From the NCBI GenBank assembly GCA_002633005.1, contig NMRA01000498.1, positions 175,772-239,771 on the forward strand: a stretch of DNA of 64,000 nucleotides. Direction: 5' to 3'. This DNA is from Phoronis australis. Taxonomy: Eukaryota; Animalia; Phoronida. The notes below the pieces were generated by a model. It was not told where the DNA came from. It worked only from the letters and a program-made list of their open reading frames with translations, and made no database searches. The translations under genes and the position numbers were made by a program. Numbering within the stretch: the first letter of the stretch is position 1; every line of letters starts with the position of its first letter. Below, piece by piece: positions 1 through 13,300 of the stretch.

Positions 1-1380
1 AATTATGTGTACTTTTCACAAATTATTCAAATGTGTTTTTAATAACTTTCAAAACCGAAATTAAAAAAAATACTTTTGTCTACCCCAGTGTGTTTATGAT
101 GGGTCTGATTATCTTGAGAACGATAACATCAGCTGCGTGAGGTGATGCACAGTAATTAACTACAACTACACGGTGTGTTTGATCAATGCTGGCAAATTTC
201 AAGGTACACAAACCAGTCGAGTTGCCCAATCTCAACGGGTGGTGGTGTCAACATAGGTTTCTTTTTATGATTACTCTTTGTAACAGGTTATCAATCATTC
301 CAAAAGAGGCCAAGGCAGTTTTGACGTGAAAATTTACATAAAATTAATTAAATTTGTGCACCTGGAGTTGAAACATTTAACTATTGGATTACGTAAAGGT
401 AACTGCCACTTAATTTTAATTGTTTTTAACATTTTAATCAGTCGGTGTGCTTGTGTTCTGTCAGCCTCACTAGCGCGACAGGTACGTATTTGTTAACCTG
501 TGAGGAAGGTGAGGACATAAAACGATAACATCAGCGGATCATGCTGTAATTGTGTTTTGCTGTTTCTGACAGTTTTGCGGAGTCTATAAAAATTCGTCAC
601 TGTCATCTGGCTACTTTGTAGTCAATCCTCTTACAAAATTTTTAAAGCGTTTGTAACTGCAAATGTGTCTCAGAAACCCATGCGTGAATTGCATTCTTGT
701 ATTTTCAGCTGCGATGAAGCTGGCCAGGTCTCGTTGTGGCCGTTGTAGTTCCAATGCCAAAATCGTTTGTTAATTCATTGCTAGGAAACTGTTGAAACAA
801 GGATTTGGTTGTATGCCATGAGATCAGTGGGGAAATGTTCAAATATCGCATGTTGATTGTTTCTATAAAACGTTTGCTCTGCTAGATTTTGTGGAACAGA
901 GCTCCAGAGGTTGTATCATGATATGTTGCCATGGCCACAGCAAAATCATGATTCATTGACCTCACACTAAACTCACTGGCAAATAATTTTAGCACCTTGA
1001 CCTGCTATCTGGTATTGGGTAAAAGAGATGAACATGCCATTCTCGAATGGAGAAAAACACATAGTTTTTGGTGTCGTGCTCCTTTAAAGACCAGAAAAGT
1101 AACTTTGAAAACCCACGTGTTTATTTCATGTATTGAAATGGAACCCTCTGTTTTGGTTATTTTTACGCAAGTTAAGCAATCCTAATTATACAATAACTCC
1201 ATGGACTGAATCGTGCAGTTTTTTAGTTTCTTCAACATGAAGTTTCACCGTTGCTATGGTAACTCGCATTATTCCAGTTTGAAGTTTGCAATCACACGGC
1301 TTGGGACTTGAAACTAATGTTTAGGATTACATAACAAGGGTTCCCTAATTGTGCATCAATGGTTCTTGTTCTTGTCACAG

Positions 1381-4300
1381 ACTGGTGTGCAGAGACATTG
1401 GTGGATCTGATCCTGAGAGGATGGCGGCGCCCCAAGTGGCGGAATATCTTACTGACTTGTTCAAGGGCACGCCTGTCAAGGTAGGTAGGTGCTTGGTAGT
1501 TAGGCAGTTACATTTTTACTCTGTTGCTTTAAATTGTATTGGCCATTTAGGATAGTTATAGTTTCATAAGGAATGACGCTTGATCAAGTACCTGTTTTTG
1601 TTTCCAGTCTAATTTTAGTTTACGATTTATGTTTGCTGTGTAGCTTAGGCATACGTTTCTCTGTGGTTCACGATTTGTTCATTTTACAGAGTGGCATCAT
1701 TTAAGAAGAGCATTGGATTGTTTTATTCTCCTAAATGTCCCGACTATTAAAATTGTTTTGGAACCCAAAACTAATTAGCAAGTGAAGGCAAATCAATCTC
1801 CGTCTATGCACGTTTACACTCAATAGTGGCGGATACATGATGGGGGGTCTCAGAGAATACAAATCCTCCTTCAGGGGACATGATCTAAAAATACAAAACC
1901 CTTTGCGAGCACAAAATACTCTTCCCGCCTGAGTAAATCATTCCAAGGGCAAAGTCATGGATTTCCTTGTAATTGTTTTAGACAGTTGCATGACAGAGAT
2001 GCTTTCTTGCAGACCCCATATCATTACAGCTGAGGGTGTTTTGTACTTGAATTCATGCCTCTCAGCAGTATTAAGATACATATTTTGACTTTCCGAAAAA
2101 ATGATAACTTGAGTGAGTATTCCATGGTGTAGATGATTGTGTTCTCTGTCTACTCTTTCCAGGTGTCTATCATTGATGATGTCAGTGTGTTTGAAAAGAA
2201 CTATCCCTGTCTGGCTGCTGTCAATCGCTGTGCGAGTAGTAAGTATTTGACTGCAGTTCCTCGTGTACTTTGCATAAAATAATTGCCGCAATTGTCATTT
2301 TTACGGGCCCACATAGCTATACGTGGTTACTGAATACCTACCAAGTTCTTCCAAGGATCTTCATGTAATTTGGTATGTGTGCCCGTCGAGGAGCATACTA
2401 CTGACGTGGGCTTTAGGACAAATCCAACTTCTTAAGTACACCTGTGAGTTTCTATACATTTTCGATATGTACCAAGTTCTTGGGTTGATGTTCATGAAAT
2501 TTGACAAATAAGTTTTTCTATAATTGTGGCGATGGCACCTGCTAAGTTTCAGACGGATGTGATGTGTCATTTTATCCCATCTGCTTAGTACAAACCAAAC
2601 CTGCAATTATAGACAAAAATGTTGTTAATCTTGATATTTGTTGAGAAATTTGACAAAATATTATTTCACTTGACCACCATATGTATGCGAAACAGCTGCA
2701 GAATTACCATATCATAATGTACATATTGTGTTGGCTCTGATTGTCATCTGCTGTAATGTCTTTTTACGGATAGCGCAAGATATGTACATAAAGAATTGTA
2801 GGAAATTGGTCATCCATAGAAGCTGTGCCAGTAGACAAAGGTGTACAAGTTTTAGCTGGGCAGAGATTGCTTCATTTTAGTAGCATTTCAAGTTGCCATA
2901 AGTTCAGTTGTATACAGATAGCATCTATCCAACATCACCTGCTATCTTACCAAGCAGACGATAGCCTTTTTTTGCGCTTCCTTGATTCTTGATTGGATGT
3001 CTCTTACATACAAATCTTTACTCTGGGATGTGCGCACATCAGACTTTGTTATCCGGAAATGGGTCACTTGAAATACGCAGTCACGTGTCTCAACACAGCA
3101 GTTGTGAGCCTTCAATGTGCATCCGAGAGTTTTTTAACCTTCTGCTGCTCAGTGGTTGGAGAAGTGATTTACTGCCAGGAACTCACCCTGGGGTCCTGAG
3201 GTGTCGATTAATTCCCCATGTTGCATTTTGTGTGGTAAATAGTCCCATAAGGATTAGCATGTTTTTAGGACCACAACCAATGTATGGTTAGGTCAGCAGG
3301 CTTCTTCAAGTAAAGGTTTGCTGAGCTGATTGTTCATGTCGAGGAATGGTTGAATGGATCGGCCACTTGTTCATTCTATTTCTCAAGCCTTGACGTAAAC
3401 TGCCAGCTCAGCTAACTTTGACGTGATGCAGCCCATTGACCTCATTGTACCCTGTCTGCGCTGACCCTCAGAGGGGCCTCTAGTGATTAAAGCATTAAAT
3501 TCAACATGAAGTCAAAGGTCATGTGTATGCTTGAATTCACATACGCGTGCATATTAATTATTGTGAAATTTTTTGATATTATAGTCAGGGTGTAACTTTC
3601 CTATAAATCGTCTGGCACAAGTGAAACCTTTTGGGAAACTTCCCATAGTATGACATAATTTGTGCTTCATTTCAGAGGTTGATCGTCACAAAGGGCGCAT
3701 TATATTCTTGGAATATGTTGGTAAAGGCGATATCCAGAAGACTCTGCTGTTTTGTGGAAAGGTATTGTATGGATTTTAGGGAATCGCTGCCTTTCTGGAG
3801 GTGTTTTGGGTTAACTTGACACTTTTATCTGCCTTTAAATAAAGCTTACCATTTTGAATGTTTTTAGTCTAATGATAGAATATAGCTACAAATGATGGAG
3901 TGTATTTTTTTTGTGAACTGATATCGTCAAAAGACAATTTTACAATAGGATCTTCGGTAGAGTGTTAACCCTTGGAAACATCGAATGTTCCCTCGATTAC
4001 ACTGCCCGAGCAACCTTCCTACACCTAAGCATGTTTACATAATGTGCTTCATTCCCTGGTGGCAGTTACTGTATTCCTTAGAAATTTTATGAAAGTCTTG
4101 TGAAGTTGCCTCTCTGTCCCTTCAAATTTCAATGCTCCCGCCTTTGTCAATTTTTTATGTCAAATATTAGTTTTGTATACGAAAGATTTCATTGTGGGGA
4201 GGTTGTCAGCTTTTAACATCCAATGACATCACAGATAACTGCTGTAGTATATGTTTGTGCAAAGTGGTTAATGATTTGTGTTTTGATGCGTGATCACATG

Positions 4301-7300
4301 GTAAGTGCCTTTGCCTTTCATGCATAAGAGTTGCTAATTAATTTGATGTATTTTGGGAGGCCACGTCAAAGGTTGCCAAAGAGTCAAGTCCCCTTGATAT
4401 AGGCGCCCCACTTGGAAAATTATGAATTTCTTGTCGCAATGTCATTTTCATAAGAATATGTCATTTAAAGCAGTAATTTTTTATGTAATTGTTCCGTTAT
4501 CGTACTCGTACCAAAATGTATACTTCAGTGGATCTGTGCTTTCAGTTCTGGTTCATTCATTAGTAAGTCATAATGTTTACACTTTACTTGTGATGTCAGC
4601 AGAAGTTTTGCGGCAAAACAAAAGTCCAGCAATGCAATTTATAAAAGGGAAGGCAGACCCGTAGATGGAATGCCTGAATTAGAGCACTTAAAAATGATCT
4701 CAAACTTGTAATGTACTCGGGTTGGAAATAATTTCTGTCCTTGAGGAGGAGAGCTCATGTTTTGAATGATAGTAATGTAATGACAATCTTTGTAACTCTC
4801 GCATGTCAGATTGTGCGTGTGCCATTTTAATCATTTGGACTTTAATTCAGCGTGTGAGCACGTTTCTCTGAAAGCATCCAGCTTGATCAAAAGAATAACA
4901 TTTTGTCTCGATATATAACAGTTAAAGTCTTTGTGGTGACTCTCTTTTTAAGGGCATAACGTACGACACAGGTGGCGCTGATATCAAGGCAGGAGGTGTC
5001 ATGGCTGGCATGCATAGGGACAAGTGTGGCGCTGCAACGGTGGCTGGGTTATTCCAAGTAAGGATTAGAAAAAAAGAATAATGGTATCCATAGACACTTT
5101 CTTTGAACACTTGAATTGTGGCTGTCATATTGTAATCATCTGCAATTTTTGTGATTACTGGCGAGCAAAAGCTCTACTGTAACAGTCGTGAGATTTCAGG
5201 ATTGATGTGGAATACTGAAGCACGCGTAGATACACCATCAACTTGCTGTTTGTTAAAAAAGCATTTCTCAAACTGTCTTAAAGGACCTTCATTTCTAAAC
5301 ACAATTATTTTGGTTTTCTTTAAATTCACAGCCATACCCCATGAATCGCAATAATCATTGAGACAATTCAACTTGCGTTGCAAGTTGGACGCTGTTAGAG
5401 AGTGCAAAACCATGTCATCTGCATATAACATTGAATTAATATTTGTAGCATGCTCATCTTAGTAGACGTTATTTATGTCACTAAGTATGTGAATTGAGTT
5501 TTTCTAAAGACTCATTGAGATACAAAACAAATAGCAGAGGGCTTATCATACAGCCTTCACGAGTACCAAAAGTGCAATTAAATAACTCCGTTAAACCATC
5601 ACTTGTTTTAACATACAATGTTTTATTCATAATTATCCAAAGTGATTTCAGGGTTTGCAAATACCTGGCAGTTCATGACTGGAAATATTAAGTACTTAAA
5701 GTTTATCTGACGTAATGTTACTCTCTAATTCCTCTATAATGATTCAGCTCATGTACACTCTTGTAGCAGGTACATCTTATTCTTTGTAAGCCATGTATTT
5801 CTGTACAGTGTAGGGGAGAACTAGGATTTAAAGGTAACACAAGCTTTAACCATTATTTTTGGACCAATTTGATGCTCCAAAAACAATTACTGAATGTTAT
5901 TACTATCAAGAATTTCACAATTTATTGTAAGGTGAACCAACCAAACCCAGATTTGAACGTCATGCTCGACGTGATGTTGTTTCCAGTGTTAATTGCGCGA
6001 AATTGAAGAAACTGAAACGGTAACATGTATTGGATTGGTTTTCAAGTTTGCTATATTTGCCTGGTGTCATTTTAAGACCATGCTCGCACATGACAAGTGA
6101 CAAGCCATTTTGTACAGCCTGGTCTCAAGCAACAACAAACTGTCATTTTTTTCGAAACCCTGGAATTATCTTCATTTTCACTTAGGAAGAGTTTGTAACC
6201 AATTTCATAACGTGTAATTAAAAATGCTAATTTGTGGTATTTTAATAGGAACCAGAACGAAAGGTTCTTTGGAAAACATTAATCAATCCTACAATTTTCT
6301 GAGAAAGATGCTGCATGGAGCTTCAACCTATTTGGTGTGGAAAAAACTTTTGAATTTCATTAATTCTTCATTCTTTTTTTTCTATAGACCCTAGCCTTAC
6401 TTCAGCCATCCAATCTAAAGGTTGTTGGTGGATTAGCCATGGTCCGCAACAGTGTTGGCTCGGAATGTTACGTCGCCGATGAAATCGTTACATCACGTGC
6501 TGGTGTGCGCGTCCGTGTGGGCAACACAGACGCTGAAGGACGAATGGTGATGACTGATGTTCTATGTAACTTGAAAGAAATGGTGAGTTGTCTACGTAGT
6601 ATTGTTATTAGTCTCAGTTACAAATATTTTAAGTCTGGTCTGCATGCCAGTTTGTGATCTATATGTCCACGCTGGTTTAAGATTTACCTATATTAGTCTC
6701 CATTATAGAACTTATTAGTCTAGTGAGAGTGAGAGTAGTTTATGTTTGACACAACTTCAAGTTTTGCTCAAGACCGACCAAGTTGGTGAAGATTAAATTT
6801 TTTTCTATCACCCACGGATATTGGATTTTCAACACAATGGTGGTAATTTGATGGCAAGGTAAACAAAAAAATATAAATATACAACTGTTCAAGTCTCCAA
6901 TCACTTCGTGTGATGGCAGAAAGTAAATGTCACAGTATTTTCCAAAGAAAGATGATTTAAGAATTAAAGTTTACTGTTGTATATTACAACTGTAAGTCTT
7001 GAGTGGGTTACATATTGTCATACTTGCTTTATTGAGTATCTCACAAGTTTTAAACATAGTACCCAATTTTGAAAGAATGCTTCTTTGTTTGTCAGTTTAC
7101 ATGATGTAATTGTATTGCGTGCCCTTCAATTTTGCTTTCAAAGATGGATTTTGTTGGATTCCTCCATTTAGGCACTGACTGAAGTCAACCCCAGTCTCTT
7201 CACAATAGCAACTTTGACGGGGCACGCCATCCGTGCAATGGGAGATAACTACTCGGTAAGTGTTGAGTATGTAGTTAAGAAATGATCAAGGTAAAACTTA

Positions 7301-10300
7301 ATTCATTTCAAACGCATAGCAGTTGATTGGATGTTTTCCTGGAAATTAAAAGAAGTTCTGTCATCAGTTTAGCAGCTATTGCATTTTCACTGTTTTTTTT
7401 TTGTATTTGACTATGTTTAAATTATATAATAAGAAAAATGCCTCCCCAGGAGAATGTGTTGATATGGATCAAGACACACGGCATATCTCACCTTTTTGCA
7501 ACCTTCAATGTCTCGATTTCATGCGTCAACATTTTTAATTATCCAGAAATATCCTGAGCTATACGAAGAGGTGAAAAGTGGGTGCACAGCCAATGTTGGC
7601 AGCTTTTATCCAAACGGTAAAAATCAAGGCATACCAAGCACTCATTTGCTGTATTGTCCAACATGCGTTTGAGTAACTGCTCAGAAGTCCTTTTACTCAC
7701 TTTAACAAGTTTCAAAAAGTTTCTTTGAAAACAGCATCTTGGGTGAATAATGTGAAAACTTGTCAGCGTTGTTTGATTACGGAATGAGGCTTGTGCCGGT
7801 GGTTTCCTCGTAACGTGCAGTCTTCGATGCACACTTAAACACACAAAAATTCTTTACACGTTATGGAGGAGAAGTAGAAAGTGTTGTTGCCAATTTCAGT
7901 GTAAAGTAACGTAACTTAACACCACTGTTAGTTTGGTTTGTTTGGAACAGCTGCCGATAAACAGCGTTGGCAAAATTTTCAATATTTGATGACTGGTTTC
8001 AATGCAACTTGACTCGGCTGTACAATGATAATGCGCCAGTGTCATTTGATTTTCGGTCTGATTTGTCTAGTGCAACACCTCCTAGTGGCCGTTAGAAATA
8101 TATTGTACATGATGCTCTATAGGCGCCCCAGCATTGGTCTTGTTATTATTTTTCTGTCAGCCTCTGCGTCTGCCAAATTGCAAAAAAATATTAAGAAAAT
8201 TGGCAGATGTTTTTCCTAATAAAAGCACAACTAACATTGATTTTGAGATGGGTGCAACTACTGTGGTGCCCCCCAGTGGCAACTTTTTTCTGCATCCACA
8301 GCCCTATATATTAAGGCCATTTGCAGGATCCTTGTAAAATATGATGAGTATTCTTTTGAATGTGCGAACAATGGGCAGTGGATACTGAAGCTGGTTTTTG
8401 CCTCTTAACAGACATTGAAAACGACGTTCCCATCCAGTTCCATGAAATAATGCTCTTTAACCCTCGACAACCCTCAAAGGTTTGGAGGATAATTTGAAAT
8501 CTCCTTTCAAAGTCTGCTAAACGGGCAAGCGTGATCTACGCTTTTAGTGAATTGCACGGCAGCTGTGTGGAAAACAACCACCTAAGAACCATAATATGCA
8601 ATCTGTGACATAGTGAGTATGAGTCTAGCTGTTTATTGGTTTTATCTTTCAAGAATTATGCCAATGGTGACAAAGATTGGTTTAAATCATCAACACAGGG
8701 TTTTGTATGTAAAACAATGCATCGATTAAGCAAAAGTGCATGTTGAGAACTAATTCAACATGTTGATTATGCAAAACTATGCCGTGATTAAGCATATATC
8801 AACACGTTTAAGAAGCCTTTGGCGTTCCATAGTTTTGTTACCCCAACGCCCGTCCTTATCTATTCACAAATTCATACTCCTGGCTTACCCCCAATGGTGA
8901 AGAAAACCTATTCGCTACGTTCTCTTATAATGCATCAATTTTGAAAATTTGAAAACAACTACTTCGAACTATTTACTTTTCAATTTTAAAGCCGTGATGT
9001 TGATCGCTTGCCTTACTTTTTGTTCATTGAAACTCGTAGGCTAAACAGGCGTTTTGGTTTACAAACGCAATTATCTTATCCAATACACATTCGGCCAAGC
9101 CCATGAATTTCGACTAGCTCTCTTCAATCAGTGATGGCACCATCATGCCTTTGATCTGTTGTGGAATTCGCTGATTATTCTGGGGTAAGCAGTGGACACT
9201 TTCTTGTCCACTTGCGTGCAAACTCCTGTTAGTGTAAGATTTGTCTAATGTTTTGAACAGGGAAAAATGCATCTCCAAGATAAATGTGTTTTTACTGAAG
9301 CTTGTCCTTAAATAACTCACTGTCTTACTGTATATTGAAATCGTGCACAAGTACGACTTTAAATTAATTAAGGTAATTTTTTTAAACAAACAGATGTTAG
9401 GTTCTTTTATGGTATTGTGCATGTCTGTCACAAATATTGTATATGTCCGTCATAAATATTGTACTTTTTCGACACAAATATTGTACATGTCCGTCACAAA
9501 TTTTGTTTCCACGAGGAGAAGTAAAAGGAATTTGTCATGAGTACAGAGCTAAGTAGTATACGAATAGACAAATTGAAAACTGTTGTGAATACCAATGGGC
9601 TGCCTATTCCCTAATTAGTTGTCTTTTAGGGTAGGAATCCCTAAACATTTTGATCCTTACCCAAGTGTGTTGCTATGACTACTAGATCATTGTACCATAC
9701 GTTATTTATTTAAAAACATATTAATGTCTATGTTTCGACTGGGGACTTATCCTAATGTTAGAGACGTGGCTAGCATTTACATCTCTTTTAGAATAATTCC
9801 TAGGCATTTGTCAGACAATCAAAAATTCCCAATCTGCTTTGTGGATGAGCTGCAACTGAGTGCAATGTCCTCTTCCTCATTCATAATGACATTGTACTAG
9901 TGACTCACTGGCACACAGAGGGTTCTCCAGTGTGTTTGTAGGTTGACTGAACTTTTATGGAGTGGGTGTGCTGATTCCAGTGTAGTGTTGCAATCCGGTG
10001 TAATTTCATTTCGCCATATTTCTCAGCTACGTTAACATTACATCGGCGCACCCTGGAGGGGGCTCGAATTTTTTGAGAATGTGGAACTTTCACGGGAAGA
10101 TTCACAGGGTACATTCAGAGCTATGAAATGTGCATTCGCCAAGTTTTGGTAGTTCTTGCCCTTTTAATCAACTTTTCTCACATTTTCTACTTTTTTCGGA
10201 GTTTTTGTTTCTTTGAGGCAGACCTTTTTGTCCACTTTACCAAATGGGTGGGGGGGGGGCTCAAACGAGCCCCCTCCCCCTTCCCCTGGGTGCGCGCATG

Positions 10301-13300
10301 AATTTAACTAATTTTGGAGGAAAATAATTGCCAACATTGCCTTTAGTTCATTTTCAAAAGCGTCTAGCGCTGTTTTGAGCTCCAACAATTTTTCCAAATA
10401 TTGTTGAATTGTAGCTATGGAAAAAAACTTGAAAATGGTAAAGATTTTCATTTGGTGTTTCATTGTGAGAACATGCTGCATTCATCAGCTCCTGTGGCAC
10501 TTATGATTACCCATCTTTCTTGTATCATCACAGATAGACTCGCAAAGATAGGAGCAAGCGTTCTGCATTTTGTGCCTGAACCTGCTATCCCGGTATCTTA
10601 CGGATGTTGTAGGATGAGTATACACAACTGGGTACATACCCAGTCAGCAGCCCAGTGGGCATCACTTAACTGTAGAGAGACCAAGGAGAATTTTCCCAAT
10701 GTGATCAAACCAAAAGGTTCAAAAAACCTTCTGAGTCTAGATAGATTGGGTATAAGACACGTCATTCAAATTTTGACGGGCCAATTTAATCTAGCCTGAC
10801 ACAGACACATTACTGGGCATATGGGGAGCCCAGTGGGACCCGAGTGTGGTACTGACATAGAATCTCCTAAACACCTGGTAGAATCTTGCCCAGTTTTTTA
10901 TAAACTAAGGAGCAACCTACTGGATGGCACTGTTACATGCCTACAACTTATAGTGCATGGCAACAAATGGAAACGTCTTTCCGATTTCCTAAAGGAGACT
11001 GGCAGACTAGAAAACTTTCTTCACGAAGAGCCATAATTGGGCTCTCGTGCTTTTGCTCAGGTGTTTTGTGCAATGAGCCCAACCATAAGGCCTGCACATG
11101 TCTGATGCACCGGAATGACATCAGGCCACCTGCTCTGTTTTTTTTTTTGTATCGTCACTTGTGAAATTGCTCTTTATGTTTTGTACTTATCTATCAGTTC
11201 TACTGTCTTTTGTTCACACTCAATATGTAACCTTTCATCGCCTACGTTCGCCTTGTTTTCATTTCTGCATGGTTATGTAGCTTCGTTAGCCCACTTGGGC
11301 TTCCTTATTTCCATCGTGCGAGAATAAGTCGAGCATAAAAAGTTTCACTTGTCTGCCGCTATATGTAATTGATGAGATTTTACTTACAACTTTCAATCAT
11401 TCTGTGCACGATGCTGGTAATTTTCAATACAATTTTTGTGCATCTTAATAATGCCGTTCTCATGTGAAAATTGGCGGAAGTAATCCTTATTGTGTATTTT
11501 TCAACCAAATTTTTACTAAAAACATTCTGGGTTCTACCAAATTTTGCTGGATTAATACCATAAAAATTATGCATGACATGATAGTGCTTTATCTGGACAT
11601 AGTAATTAGATTCTGCTAAGATGAATACTGTGGTATTATTAAGGGGACTTTAATTCTGCTAGCCATGGAAGGCTGGAGGACTTTTTGAGTTGTCGGAACA
11701 CGATTTGAACATGGTTTCTAGAAAGTATAGAATCTAGGAAGACATCTAGAGTAAAAAAGCATCAATCAATAAAATTTGTACGGTCTTTGATGCAACTTCT
11801 CCATACTTATGTGACCACGCTGAAAAATGTCCAAATCAAAAAGTCACAAATGTGAAGTGTTGTTTTGCATTATTTTGTCCGTGAATTCAAAAAACATGTT
11901 GAAAATTTTCAATAGGAAGAGTGTAGTTTTTAATAGCATTAACCTTGTGTGAGATTTTTAAAAAAAATATTTCATCTGTGTAATTATAGATAACATTAGT
12001 GCCCAGAAATCAAATTAACAAACTATATGGGAACAATACGGCAATGAACTTAACATGAGACTCTGGCTCATATAAAGACAAAAAAGTCATGTATATAAAT
12101 TGTGGACTTGATGTTTTCTCTGTTACAGTTGTTTAAGTGAGAAGTGATATTACATTATGCCCTGTAGGGATAGTGTGCTGTGCACTTGAGTGGTCATAAG
12201 TAGAGCACAGCACTCTGGTAGAAATAGTGTGGTCCAAGGTCTCTTGACTAATGGAGTACTTTCCTGGAACTTTTCTCTCTAGAGAACTGACCATTGACGT
12301 CATGCATAGCCACAGTTTGCATCAATAGCGAATAAAGTATGAAATGTCTTCCTAAAGAAGGCTAAATTTGATTTCATTCTATTAATTTTCCTGAAGGGTT
12401 CTGCCTTTTTTAGAATTGTTTCAGAACCCTTAATTTTCTCTCTCTTGATAAAGCTTGCTTCAAATATATGCACCTAAACTGAAAGTAGTATTTTGGACAC
12501 GCAGTACATGCCAGAAGTGACGTGTAATTGACCTATCGCAAGCTCCGCCCCCTTGCAAAATGTCGACTAACAAACAATAAGTTTTACCCGGCAACGTGTT
12601 GCTTGTCACGTAAAATGGCAGCTTGCAAACGAAGGTGTGTCAATAATGCTGCGTTCTAAATGGTCAGTTAAGCCGTCACTCAAAATCCTGGCAATAGGTC
12701 AATTCCCGTCATGATGGCAAGCAGAAGTTGAGTTCATCATCATGAGAGTCGATTTTCTTCGTTAACGAAGATGACGGGAATCGACAGAAAAGTCAGTAAG
12801 GTGACTAAGTCATTCTATAATTCGAATTTTGCTACCATAATAGTCATTACCAGTCATCTTTGTTGTTAACAGAAATAGCTGTCACCATAGAGAAACGACT
12901 TATTGTCTGTTTACGTTTGTATTAATGCCAGTCTGTGACCTTTATTGCAACGATAAATTTTGTTTGGTCTCAATTTTATTTTCATTTGAATCACATATAC
13001 ACCTTTTTATGTTAAGTATATTCCCCTTTATTTAGTATCAAATAGATGTTGCAGTGCCGTGCAGTTATCGACGAATAAAAATATTGTAAAACTAGAATAA
13101 AAATATTGTAAAACTAGTAAAACTAAAATGACTAGCGTCGGTACTAAAATATATTAAAATATCCCCACATATCAAGCAATGTGCTCTTTTTCAAGGGTGT
13201 GCTACTAGTTTTACTATTTTTCATTCAGTTTGTCCCCTTGTTGGCAGGGCAAGCTTTCCCTTGTTTCTAACTTACTTGACATTATTTTTACAACGAATCA

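Noticed and set aside
700-1000. Candidate upstream aminopeptidase exons after TTTTCAG or CTAG acceptors
   Set aside because: Translations do not resemble the expected M17 sequence preceding RDIGGSD and run into stops.
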